64,000 nucleotides of DNA from Candidatus Poribacteria bacterium (GCA_965208325.1 OZ242326.1:1216001-1280000); one strand, 5' to 3'. Positions 10,906-20,359 are shown, numbered from the stretch's first letter. Notes: a model not told the origin generated them from the letters alone. A program made the numbers and translations.

Positions 10906-11619
10906 TTACGTTTCCTTCTGAAATCGCTCAAGCCCCATGGGTTGATGATGCTTATCATAGTCAATCAATGCCTTCCGTACAACTTCACGTACAAGTTCCT
11001 GCTGTTTGTCAATTGGTCCGCTGCCGTCAACCACTGTCAATCCATATTCAGTCGCCAATCGATCGTATTCTTTGAGAACGCGGCCCTGGAAGATTTTGAA
11101 ACTGGTCGTCGAATCTTCACTTAAACCGAGATCCATTCCCGCCTCGTAAAATTTGAGCTTTCCGCGCCCTATCCTAATTCGCTTAATGGACACATCAATC
11201 GAAACTTTGAAATAAAACGCTATGTCTGGTTTCACAGCGAAGGAATACAGATTTCTTACCCAGTCCGGATGGACTCCACGGGAAACATCTCGCGCAAATG
11301 CCGTAAAAGCATAACGGTCAGACATCACAATCATCCCTGCTTCTAGTGGCGGAATAATCATATTTGCCAACCGATCAGCGAAGTCAGTCGCGTGCATAAT
11401 GCTGAATGTCGTCGGGGTTAGCAAATTCCTCTTTTTTCCTTTCCGGGTAGTCTGCTTCACGAGGGGAGAGGAATTCCATTCCGTGTAAAACACACTATAG
11501 CCTTCAGACACTAACCACTTTCGCAAAAGGTCTAATTGTGTGCTCTTTCCTGAACCGTCAATTCCCTCAACCACAAAGAGCCTTCCGGGATACGGATGAG
11601 GTTGTTTTAACATGTTCAT
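10906..11619 (-). CDS. Thymidylate-kinase-like protein, first of a tandem pair
   Basis: VEGIDGSGKSTQ P-loop, ATDFADRL, SDRY, PDIAFY. AGGAGG RBS. Confidence 0.85.
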   Translation of the reverse strand: MNMLKQPHPYPGRLFVVEGIDGSGKSTQLDLLRKWLVSEGYSVFYTEWNSSPLVKQTTRKGKKRNLLTPTTFSIMHATDFADRLANMIIPPLEAGMIVMSDRYAFTAFARDVSRGVHPDWVRNLYSFAVKPDIAFYFKVSIDVSIKRIRIGRGKLKFYEAGMDLGLSEDSTTSFKIFQGRVLKEYDRLATEYGLTVVDGSGPIDKQQELVREVVRKALIDYDKHHQPMGLERFQKET

Positions 11620-11824
11620 CTTTTCCTCCTACTCTCAATTCTGCCTGATACTGGTACTACCCAAATTGCATTGAACCATCGACCTCCTATTACCGCACTC
11701 ACGAAAATTTTAATTGCTTTTCAACGAGCAAAACGGCATCAGTTTCGCTCCTGTGTCAATGCGCATCCGACATTGGCCAAATTGATTCGTTACGCTAGCC
11801 TGCTTAGAGAAGTACAAGATAGGT

Positions 11825-12343
11825 TCAGTTATGTAGGGTGTGGTCGCTAATGTGAGTTATGAGTAGCTCATTGTTCTTCCGCATCTCATCTCGGATTTCT
11901 CTCATGTCTCCACGGATGTCTTCTCGGATTTCTTTCATTTCTTCGCGGGATTCTTCTCGGATTTCTTTCAAATCCTCACGCGTTTCTTTTATTTCCTCGC
12001 GCATTACTTTCATTTCTTCTCGAAAAACGCTAAATTGAGTTGCCATATCACTACGCAAATCCTCTATCCGACTGCCGAGCGAGTCACCGAGATCCGATGT
12101 GTGCTTGTTGCTATCGTCTATCCGTTTGCCGAGTGAGTCACCGACATCCTCAACCCGTTTGCCAAGTGAGTTGCCGAGATCATCTATCCGCTTGCCGAGT
12201 GAGTTGCCGAGATCGTCTATCCGCTTGCCGCAATCATCAACCCGCTTTCCCAACGCGTTTGTGATGTAATAACCGATAGTACCAATTCCACCGATGTAAG
12301 CAATAACAAGTACGGCTAATTGCAAGGTGACATTCCAGTCCAT
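11825..12343 (-). CDS. Membrane-anchored coiled-coil repeat protein, copy 1
   Basis: N-terminal TM helix, GKRIDDLGNSL-type 11-mers, REEMKEI-type repeats, C-terminal THISDHTLHN. Confidence 0.8.
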   Translation of the reverse strand: MDWNVTLQLAVLVIAYIGGIGTIGYYITNALGKRVDDCGKRIDDLGNSLGKRIDDLGNSLGKRVEDVGDSLGKRIDDSNKHTSDLGDSLGSRIEDLRSDMATQFSVFREEMKVMREEIKETREDLKEIREESREEMKEIREDIRGDMREIRDEMRKNNELLITHISDHTLHN

Positions 12344-12423
12344 TTCGATTTCCCCTGCTTGGTGCGCGATAATATTCTATCCCGCACAAAATTCTGTCCT
12401 TTTAAGAGAAGGATGTGCACGGA

Positions 12424-12942
12424 TTAGTTATGTAGCGTATGGTCGCTTATGTGAGTTATGAGCAGCTCATTATTCTTCCGCATCTCATCTCGGATTTCTC
12501 TCATGTCGCCACGGATTTCTTCTCGGATTTCTTTCATTTCCTCTCGCATTAATTTCATTTCTTCTCGAAAAGCGCTAAGTTGAGATGCCATATCACTACG
12601 CAAATCGTCTATCCGACTGCCGAGCGAGTCACCGAGATCTGATGTGTGCTTGTTGCTATCGTCTATCCGTTTGCCGAGTGAGTCACCGACATCCTCAATC
12701 CGTTTGCCGAGTGAGTCACCGACATCCTTAATCCGTTTGCCGAGTGAGTCACCGAGATCCGTAGTGTACCTGCTGCTATCGTCTATCCGATTGCCAAGTG
12801 AGACGCTGACATCCTCTATTCGCTTGCCGCTATCATCAACCCGCTTTCCCAGCGCGTTGGTGATGTAATAGCCGATAGTACCAATTCCACCTATATAAGC
12901 AATTAACAATACGGCTAATTGCAAGGTGACATTCCAGTCCAT
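12424..12942 (-). CDS. Membrane-anchored coiled-coil repeat protein, copy 2
   Basis: Near-identical termini to copies 1 and 3 with a different repeat composition. Confidence 0.8.
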   Translation of the reverse strand: MDWNVTLQLAVLLIAYIGGIGTIGYYITNALGKRVDDSGKRIEDVSVSLGNRIDDSSRYTTDLGDSLGKRIKDVGDSLGKRIEDVGDSLGKRIDDSNKHTSDLGDSLGSRIDDLRSDMASQLSAFREEMKLMREEMKEIREEIRGDMREIRDEMRKNNELLITHISDHTLHN

Positions 12943-13022
12943 TTAGATTCCCCCTGCTTGGTGTGCGATAATATACTATCCCGCACAAAATTCCGTGCTT
13001 TTAAGCGAAGGATGTGCACGGC

Positions 13023-13628
13023 TTAGTTATGTAGCGTATGGTCGCTTATGTGAGTTATGAGTAGCTCATTATTCTTCCGCATCTCATCTCGGATTTCTCT
13101 CATGTCTCCACGGATGTCTTCTCGGATTTCTTTCATTTCTTCGCGGGATTCTTCTCGGATTTCTTTCAAATCCTCGCGGGATTCTTCTCGGATTTCTTTC
13201 AAATCCTCACGCGTTTCTTTTATTTCCTCTCGCATTAATTTCATTTCTTCTCGAAAAGCGCTAAGTTGAGATGCCATATCACTACGCAAATCGTCTATCC
13301 GACTGCCGAGCGAGTCACCGAGATCCGATGTGTGCTTGTTGCTATCGTCTATCCGTTTGCCGAGTGAGTCACCGACATCCTCAATCTGTTTGCCGAGTGA
13401 GTCACCGACATCCTTAATCCGTTTGCCAAGTGAGTCACCGAGATCCGTTGTGTACCTGCTGCTATCGTCTATCCGATTGCCAAGTGAGACGCTGACATCC
13501 TCTATTCGTTTGCCGCAATCATCAACCCGCTTTCCCAGCGCATTGGTGATGTAATAGCCGATAGTACCAATTCCACCTATATAAGCAATTAACAATACGG
13601 CTAATTGCAAGGTGACATTCCAGTCCAT
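13023..13628 (-). CDS. Membrane-anchored coiled-coil repeat protein, copy 3
   Basis: As above; 201 aa; AAGGAAG RBS. Confidence 0.8.
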   Translation of the reverse strand: MDWNVTLQLAVLLIAYIGGIGTIGYYITNALGKRVDDCGKRIEDVSVSLGNRIDDSSRYTTDLGDSLGKRIKDVGDSLGKQIEDVGDSLGKRIDDSNKHTSDLGDSLGSRIDDLRSDMASQLSAFREEMKLMREEIKETREDLKEIREESREDLKEIREESREEMKEIREDIRGDMREIRDEMRKNNELLITHISDHTLHN

Positions 13629-13755
13629 TTTGATACTTCCTTTTTGGTGCGCGACAAAACACCATTCTGCATATCATATTGACTTACGGGAATAATGTAC
13701 CACATTCCAGATGGTATTGCAATTGCCATCAATCGGCAAATCATATAGCCTCAGC

Positions 13756-14793
13756 CTAAACGTCACGCTGCGGCGGCGTTATGTCTTCTCCTAACATCTG
13801 GCGCGCCAAAACTGCGCCGCCGATGACGCCCGCGTTGTCGCCGAGTTCAGCGCCTACGATTTGGACACCGTCCATCGTACTCGGCAATACGTGTTTCGCC
13901 GTCGTGCTGCGGATGCCATCCAGAAAACCGTCTCCCATCGCTTCGATAAGTCCTCCCCCCAGCACAATCATCTCGGGGTTTAAGAAATTTATGATTGAAG
14001 CAACCCCGATACCCAGATAATTCTGAGCTCGGCGCATCACTTTCGCCGTCAACTTGTCACCGCGGCGTACTGCTTTTGCTAAGGTACTGCTGCGAATCAA
14101 ACCTAAATTTCCGCCGTTCAACTTTAGCAAAATGCTCCTCTTCCCATTTTTGAGTATCGCTTTTCGTAGCTGCCGCGTAATGGCTGTACGGCTCGCAACA
14201 GCTTCCAAACACCCTAGGTTTCCGCAACCGCAGCGCGGACCGTCTGATTTGACGATAATGTGACCCACTTCACCGGCTGTATCACTTGCGCCACGGAACA
14301 GCTTGCCATCTAAAATTATCCCGCCGCCGATTCCGGTACCAACGAAAATCCCAACGAGGGATTTGACCCCAAGCCCAACCCCGGAAGCCGACTCCCCTAA
14401 TGTACATAGATTGACATCGTTTTCGACGAATGTCGGAATACCCATACTTGCTTCAAGTTTTGCCTTGAGAGGTACATTCGACCAGCCGAGGTTCGGGGCA
14501 AAGATAACAACACCTGTATCCGGATCTAGCGGTCCCGGTGCGCCAATCCCTATTGCCTGAATCTGAGGGGATTCCATCCCCGTTCGATCAATCGCATTTC
14601 GGATACACTGAGCAATCCGATCTATCACTTCATGCGGACCCTTATCTGCCTTCGTAGCGGTTTTCGATTGAGATATTATTCTTCCCGCCGCATTCACGAC
14701 CGACGCCAAAATCTTTGTGCCGCCCATATCTACACCGACGACATATTCATTGGAAGAGAGCATTTCCGGGAATCGTGCTCGTGTATTATTCAT
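13756..14793 (-). CDS. ROK family sugar kinase (glucokinase-like)
   Basis: GVDMGGTK, ENDVN, GTGIGGG, GEVGH, CGCGNLGCLE. Confidence 0.92.
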   Translation of the reverse strand: MNNTRARFPEMLSSNEYVVGVDMGGTKILASVVNAAGRIISQSKTATKADKGPHEVIDRIAQCIRNAIDRTGMESPQIQAIGIGAPGPLDPDTGVVIFAPNLGWSNVPLKAKLEASMGIPTFVENDVNLCTLGESASGVGLGVKSLVGIFVGTGIGGGIILDGKLFRGASDTAGEVGHIIVKSDGPRCGCGNLGCLEAVASRTAITRQLRKAILKNGKRSILLKLNGGNLGLIRSSTLAKAVRRGDKLTAKVMRRAQNYLGIGVASIINFLNPEMIVLGGGLIEAMGDGFLDGIRSTTAKHVLPSTMDGVQIVGAELGDNAGVIGGAVLARQMLGEDITPPQRDV

Positions 14794-14805
14794 TTCGCTC
14801 CGCTC

Positions 14806-15069
14806 CTATTGCCAACGGTCAACAGCCGGTTTCCAACTCAATAGAGATAGGCATGCGCTATGATGAAGATAAGTACGTATTATATCGATTAAGGTCAAGA
14901 CGAATAACCCTGTCGCAAAAGCACTGCCAATCCGTATCCGCTTCAAAAGCATCTGAATGACTGCTCCAATGGTGGCGGCGAGAATCATATTGACGCAGAT
15001 TGACAAAGCGGCGGCAACGCGAAACCATTCCGCTTCCACGCGCCATTGAAGCGCCGTTAATGATATCAA
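14806..15069 (-). pseudogene. Probable remnant of the C-terminal membrane part of an MgtE magnesium transporter
   Basis: LSICVNMILAATIGAVIQMLLKRIRIGSAFATGLFVLTLIDII resembles the MgtE segment ..IPLLLKRLGIDPA.ASGPFITTLTDI, but is degenerate and lacks the rest of the gene. Confidence 0.6.
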
Positions 15070-15090
15070 TTTAATGAACGTATTTACCTA

Positions 15091-16173
15091 TTATTCAAAT
15101 TTCTTAGCACGCTGTCGCAAGAAGTGATCGACCAGTACTAGCGAAACCATTGCCTCCACTATCGACACGGCACGAGGCAGCACACACGGATCATGCCGCC
15201 CGCGTGCGGACAAAACAACCGGGTTGCCATGGATGTCCACCGTTTCCTGTTCCTTGCGGATTGTCGCCGTCGGTTTAAAAGCCACCTGCAGACGGATATT
15301 CTCGCCATTTGAAATGCCACCTTGCGTGCCGCCAGAATTGTTCGTCCGCGTGCGGATACGCCCTTTATCAGTGTAAAATAAATCGTTATGCTGCGCTCCG
15401 GTCATTGTCACGCCTTCAAAACCCGACCCGATTTGGAAACCCATTGTTGCCGGCAGGGACATCATCGCCTTGCCCAAATCTGCCTTGAGTTTGTCAAACA
15501 CCGGCTCTCCCAGTCCAATCGGGACGTTCCGCGACACCGACTCAATAATCCCCCCGAGCGAATCGCCGTCTCGCCGCGCTTCATCAATGCGTCGCTCCAT
15601 CTGCTCACTAGCCTCGTAGTCTGGACATCTAACAATGCTGGATTCAATCGCATCAAGGGTCACCTTATCCGAATCGACATCGGCGGCGATTGTTTGAATC
15701 TGTTTTACGTACGCGAGAATTTCCGTGCCGCACTGCTCACGCAATATCTGTTTTGCAATTGCGCCCGCCGCGACTCGTCCAATCGTTTCGCGTGCGCTCG
15801 CCCGGCCGCCTCCCTGCCAGTTGTGGATGCCGTACTTCTGACGATAGGCGAAGTCCGCATGTGACGGTCGATAAATGTCCTTGAGGTGCTTGTAGGCTGA
15901 AGGCTTCGCATCCTTGTTCCATACCAGCATTGAGATTGGAGTCCCAAGCGTCTGGCCCTCAAATACGCCTGATAAAATCTGCACCGCATCCGATTCTTGT
16001 CGTGGAGTTGTAAGATAGCTCTGTCCCGGACGGCGTCGATTGAGTTCCGCCTGAATGGCAGTAGCGTCGATTTTCAGTTGCGGCGGGCATCCATCAACCA
16101 CAACGCCAATGGCATCGCCGTGTGATTCGCCCCACGTCGTGATACGAAAAAGATGACCGAAGGTATTTCCCAC
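15091..16173 (-). CDS. aroC: Chorismate synthase
   Basis: [36 protein letters not shown]. Confidence 0.98.
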   Translation of the reverse strand: MGNTFGHLFRITTWGESHGDAIGVVVDGCPPQLKIDATAIQAELNRRRPGQSYLTTPRQESDAVQILSGVFEGQTLGTPISMLVWNKDAKPSAYKHLKDIYRPSHADFAYRQKYGIHNWQGGGRASARETIGRVAAGAIAKQILREQCGTEILAYVKQIQTIAADVDSDKVTLDAIESSIVRCPDYEASEQMERRIDEARRDGDSLGGIIESVSRNVPIGLGEPVFDKLKADLGKAMMSLPATMGFQIGSGFEGVTMTGAQHNDLFYTDKGRIRTRTNNSGGTQGGISNGENIRLQVAFKPTATIRKEQETVDIHGNPVVLSARGRHDPCVLPRAVSIVEAMVSLVLVDHFLRQRAKKFE

Positions 16174-16405
16174 CGTGATACCTCCAATCTAACTGATTGA
16201 GTTCCGCATTGATTGATTCCCTAATTCCTGCTTGACATAACTTGGAAGATAATTTACTCTATTCACGAAATTTGACTTGCAATACATTGGGAAATATAGC
16301 ACATCATCGCCTGAATATCAACCGAAAACCTTTATTGCACCTTGAATCGGCCGGCAAACGCAGACATACCCAAGACCTTGCGGCGGAGTATTCGGGGAGA
16401 CAGCA

Positions 16406-17104
16406 TTGATAAGAAAAATTTTCAAAAGGATGCGACTGAGTTGGGTCCTAATCTTTATTCTCGTCGGCGTGCTCTGGAATACACCAGTCGTATATCCGCT
16501 AAAAATTCTTGTGGTCTTTTTGCACGAACTCAGTCATGGCATTGCAGCGTTAGCAACGGGCGGGCGCATTGAAGAAATCGTCGTCGTGCCCCGAGAAGCC
16601 GGGCATACCCTCACGATAGGCGGCTCGCGATTCTGGACGCTTTCAGCCGGTTATCTCGGAAGTCTCGTTTGGGGCGGATTAATTCTGGTAATTGCTGCAC
16701 GTACACACCTTGACAAGCTGCTCAGCGTAGCAATCGGTTCTGGTATGATTCTCGTTTCGATCGTCTACGGAGGAAACTGGTTCATCCGTCTATTCGGAAT
16801 TGCGTTCGGTGGCGGGCTTATTCTCGTCGGCGGCTTACTCTCGGAGTCCATCAACGACTGGGTGCTTCGGGTCATCGGTTTCACCAGTTGTCTCTATGCA
16901 ATCCTAGACATCAAGAGTGACGTTTTGGATCGCAGCGGAGCGCGCTCAGATGCACGCATGCTCCATGAAGAACTCACCCCTATGATTCCAACCGTGGCAT
17001 GGGGAATACTCTGGATTATCATTGCTATCATTGGCACCATCTTTTTCCTGTACGTGTCAGGCGGAAATCAGGCGAGTCCAAAAGACGATGAAATCAACGG
17101 TTGA
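16406..17104 (+). CDS. M50B-like membrane metallopeptidase
   Basis: HELSH, AGYLGS and SDA motifs; multiple TM helices. Confidence 0.85.
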   Translation: MIRKIFKRMRLSWVLIFILVGVLWNTPVVYPLKILVVFLHELSHGIAALATGGRIEEIVVVPREAGHTLTIGGSRFWTLSAGYLGSLVWGGLILVIAARTHLDKLLSVAIGSGMILVSIVYGGNWFIRLFGIAFGGGLILVGGLLSESINDWVLRVIGFTSCLYAILDIKSDVLDRSGARSDARMLHEELTPMIPTVAWGILWIIIAIIGTIFFLYVSGGNQASPKDDEING

Positions 17105-17290
17105 GAGCGGGTGCATCAGCGTTGCGCGCGTATAGCGAAGAACTGCAAGCTGGATGAGTCAGCAGGCATGAACCACAACGAACAACGTGAAAATGAGGTA
17201 GGGTTTGCGTGTTAAACAGCTTTTGAACGTCGCAGGCTGGTCTAGCATTGGTGAGAATATTCCGATTTCTCATCGTGTTGCTTTGGATTA

Positions 17291-18139
17291 CTATCTATCA
17301 GCGTTCTGATACTCCGGTGTTTGCCTGAGCCACGGTTGAAATAATTTACGCTGGTCTTCATCGTAGCGCGCCCACGTCGTCGGTTGGATATACTGCAGTT
17401 CGTCCCAAGTAGCAATGTTCTGTGACATCATCCAACCCGGACCGTAGCCCACGTGTAAAGTCTTACGGGGTTCGCCCGACCGGTTAGTAAATCCGCCGTG
17501 CCGCAAGTTTTCGGTAAACACTATGGCGTCGCCCGAGTTCACTTCCAGTCCAATCATGCCGGGATCGTCGTCTACATGGCATTGATAAGGCACTGCAAAC
17601 CCCGACTTATGAGAGCCGGCCTCGACACAAAAGGCGCCGTCCATGTTGCTAACATCGTGCGTGAAATAGATAAAACGCACCATCATGCAATCAATCCCCT
17701 TTGCATTCACCGAGTATCGGTATTTGTAACTTCGGCAATATCCGCCGCCATGGGTACTGCTGCAATTGCCGGGATATCGTATGCGTAACTCGGAGTTGTT
17801 GATGCCGATTTCTTCCTGCACAAGGCTGAAAATATAGGAATTGGTTTTGGGATGGTTAACGAGGAAATCGAACGCCAAATCGAAATTGAAAAAATCTTCA
17901 ATTATGAATGTCTGACCGTACTCGTGGCCGCCCGTGACGTGGTACCCGCGCTCTGCGTTGAAATGATACTCGCTGCCAAAATTCCCGCTTTTGCGCGGCG
18001 CTAATTGGTAATGCGCCATAGCATGCTGTTCCAATGTATCAATTGCCAGTCGTAATCGGCCGACCTCTTCATCAGTCAGAAAATTTCGCAGTACCAGAAA
18101 GCCCTGCCGGTCAAATTCGTACTGTTCAATCTCCGTCAT
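17291..18139 (-). CDS. Phytanoyl-CoA dioxygenase (PhyH) family Fe/2OG enzyme, HGG variant
   Basis: YEFDRQGFLVL, AGSHKS, GDAIVF, LRHGG, R.TL. Start taken at MTEIEQ (AGGAGTAGG upstream). Confidence 0.85.
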   Translation of the reverse strand: MTEIEQYEFDRQGFLVLRNFLTDEEVGRLRLAIDTLEQHAMAHYQLAPRKSGNFGSEYHFNAERGYHVTGGHEYGQTFIIEDFFNFDLAFDFLVNHPKTNSYIFSLVQEEIGINNSELRIRYPGNCSSTHGGGYCRSYKYRYSVNAKGIDCMMVRFIYFTHDVSNMDGAFCVEAGSHKSGFAVPYQCHVDDDPGMIGLEVNSGDAIVFTENLRHGGFTNRSGEPRKTLHVGYGPGWMMSQNIATWDELQYIQPTTWARYDEDQRKLFQPWLRQTPEYQNADR

Positions 18140-18231
18140 TTTTTTCCTACTCCTATGCTTATTCATTGTGCCTAGCAACATTGTTGAGGTAACCTGCATG
18201 CTGTCTTGTTCTTAAACATTATACCACAGAC

Positions 18232-18260
18232 TTGACATCGCCCCCAAATGAAGTTATTCT
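18232..18260 (+). promoter_or_regulatory. Putative sigma70 promoter of the ABC exporter
   Basis: TTGACA-N17-TATTCT. Confidence 0.5.
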
Positions 18261-18482
18261 TTTAGCGCGTGGTTATAGTCGTGTCAGTATGTCCAAGATT
18301 CTTCCACATTCGACATTCTCATCACGCACCCATCATGAACGCCAAAACCTCCGCTGAAAAGCTGATGTTAGTAGGCACACGTTGAACTGAATCAAACCAA
18401 AACTGGAGCGGCTCCGATTCGTAGTTTACTTCGCCTAAATAAATACGTCGTCCACTACCGGCTTCAAATCATCTTCAGCTTC

Positions 18483-20159
18483 ATGCTAGTTCTAGTAACG
18501 AACGGGCTTCTACTGGTAAGCCCTAAAATCCTGGAGTTGGTCTTCGATGACTTTGAGAAATCCATTACGCCGCGCAAGGTTTTTCTCTATGCTCTCCTCA
18601 TTTTCACAGTCGCCCTTGGCGGCGGTGCAATCCTCTTCGCACAGCGCCGTATCATAAACGGAGTCGCTAGGCGAATCGAATACCACCTGCGAAACGATTT
18701 CTTCACCCACCTACAGAAACTGTCGGCGGCTTACTACAATCGTGTCGATACCGGCGATTTGATGGCGAGAGCCACAAGCGATATTAATGCAGTCCGCATG
18801 GTGCTCAGCAATGCAATCATGTTCACGGCGGATGGAATCGTCTTTTTTGCCATGGCGTTCGTCATAATGCTAAGAATTGATGCGACCTTGACTCTGCTTG
18901 CGGTGCTCCCATACCCAATTCTCGCACTCCTGATACGAGAACTAGGAAAGCGTATCTACAGAAGTTACGAACGGATTCAGGAGTCGTTTTCAACGATGAA
19001 TACCAAATTGCAAGAAAATCTGTCCGGCGTGCGCGTTGTCAAAGCATACACCCTTGAAAAGAGCGAAATCGACAAGTTCCGCGATCTCAACCGGACATTT
19101 GTCGATCGCAACCGCGCGCAAATTCGTCTCTTCTCTGTGTTCTTTCCACTGTTCCGGTGTCTGCCGGGAATTGGTCATGTCGCTCTCCTCTATTTGGGCG
19201 GAATCCGCGTCATTGAAGGACAGATTACATTCGGAGAATTTGTGGCGCTCCTTGCATACTTAATACTTCTGGTCCGTCCGATGATTCGACTCGGCTTCGT
19301 TGTTAACGCTTTTGAACGGGGCGCAGCTTCGATGGAAAGAATAAGTAAAATTCTTGATGAACAACCAGAAATATACGATGGCGTGAACGCTAGGCACGGA
19401 ATAGAGGCGATTCAGGGCGGCATTGAATTTAGAAACCTCAGTTTTTCATATCCTGACGGCACGCCGGTCCTTAAAAACATTAATCTGAAAGTCGATCGGG
19501 GACAGACGGTCGCCATTGTAGGTCCCACGGGTTGCGGCAAAACAACCCTTGTCAACCTAATCCCCCGCCTCTACGAAGCCGACCGGGGGACAATTTTCAT
19601 TGATGGCGTGGACGTACAGGACATTCCCCTGCATGTGCTCCGGTCAAATATCGGTGTCGTTGAACAGGAACCGTTCCTATTTTCTGGTACGCTGCGAAAT
19701 AACATCGCTTACGGTGCGGAAAATGCCGGCGGCGCCGAGGTTAATGGCGTCGTGCGTATTGCCGATTTACAGGAACAAATGGAAGAGTTTCCCGATGGGT
19801 TAGACACTTACTTGGGTGAGCGGGGAATCACTATTTCTGGAGGGCAGAGACAACGGACTGCGCTCGCACGAGCCATTGCAATCCATCCGAAAATCCTCAT
19901 CTTGGACAGCGCCTTTGCCAATGTAGACACGCACACGGAAGACACCATCCTCAATCGCTTAAAGGAGGTCATGGAGAATCGTACCACCATTGTCATTTCT
20001 CACCGTATATCCACCGTCAAGTCAGCCGACCTCATCATCGTAATGAAGAATGGCGAAATCGTGGAACGCGGTACCCACGACACACTACTCAAACGCAACG
20101 GTATCTACACGGGAATCTACGATAAACAACTGCTTCAAGAAGAGCTAGACTCCCTTTAA
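18483..20159 (+). CDS. ABC exporter, fused permease/ATPase (MdlA/YheI-like)
   Basis: TMD followed by GPTGCGKTT, ISGGQRQR, ILILDS and SHR. The true start probably lies upstream (open frame back to 18375, CTG at 18387). Confidence 0.93.
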   Translation: MLVLVTNGLLLVSPKILELVFDDFEKSITPRKVFLYALLIFTVALGGGAILFAQRRIINGVARRIEYHLRNDFFTHLQKLSAAYYNRVDTGDLMARATSDINAVRMVLSNAIMFTADGIVFFAMAFVIMLRIDATLTLLAVLPYPILALLIRELGKRIYRSYERIQESFSTMNTKLQENLSGVRVVKAYTLEKSEIDKFRDLNRTFVDRNRAQIRLFSVFFPLFRCLPGIGHVALLYLGGIRVIEGQITFGEFVALLAYLILLVRPMIRLGFVVNAFERGAASMERISKILDEQPEIYDGVNARHGIEAIQGGIEFRNLSFSYPDGTPVLKNINLKVDRGQTVAIVGPTGCGKTTLVNLIPRLYEADRGTIFIDGVDVQDIPLHVLRSNIGVVEQEPFLFSGTLRNNIAYGAENAGGAEVNGVVRIADLQEQMEEFPDGLDTYLGERGITISGGQRQRTALARAIAIHPKILILDSAFANVDTHTEDTILNRLKEVMENRTTIVISHRISTVKSADLIIVMKNGEIVERGTHDTLLKRNGIYTGIYDKQLLQEELDSL

Positions 20160-20207
20160 TCCGAAGTGCTTATCCTTAAAGAGTAGGTGTTTGTTTTTGA
20201 GGGCTCG

Positions 20208-20256
20208 GTAGGAGCGATCTCCGAATCGCGACACACACTCCCTCAATCACGGTTCT
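20208..20256 (+). repeat. REP-like repeat family A copy
   Basis: GTAGGAGCGATCTCCGAATCGCGACACACACTCCC, nearly identical to the copy at 31350. Confidence 0.8.
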
Positions 20257-20257
20257 T

Positions 20258-20359
20258 GTAGGTAGGGTAGAGCGGGTATTACCAAAATCGTCCCGATAGT
20301 GTTAACCGTCCGGAACACTAAACATTGCACTTTGTCCATTACATGTAGCGAAACCCAAC
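20258..20359 (+). repeat. REP/REPIN-like element, family B
   Basis: GTAGGTAGGGTAGAGCG ... AGCGAAACCCAAC imperfect terminal palindrome with an internal TAGTGTT/AACACTA hairpin. Confidence 0.5.

Larger units (their letters stand above)
11825..13652. repeat. Tandem triplication (stop codons exactly 599 bp apart) with internal 21/33/54-bp repeats
   Basis: Gene ends at 11825, 12424 and 13023; the 80-bp spacers 12344-12423 and 12943-13022 are near-identical. Confidence 0.95.

Noticed and set aside
12040..13554. Plus-strand repeat ORFs (SSIRLPSESP...)
   Set aside because: Antisense shadows of the coiled-coil genes.
11825..13628. CRISPR array or DGR-like template/variable repeats
   Set aside because: The repeats are in-frame coding modules without unique spacers; differences between copies are not obviously adenine-specific; no cas or reverse transcriptase gene is in the window.
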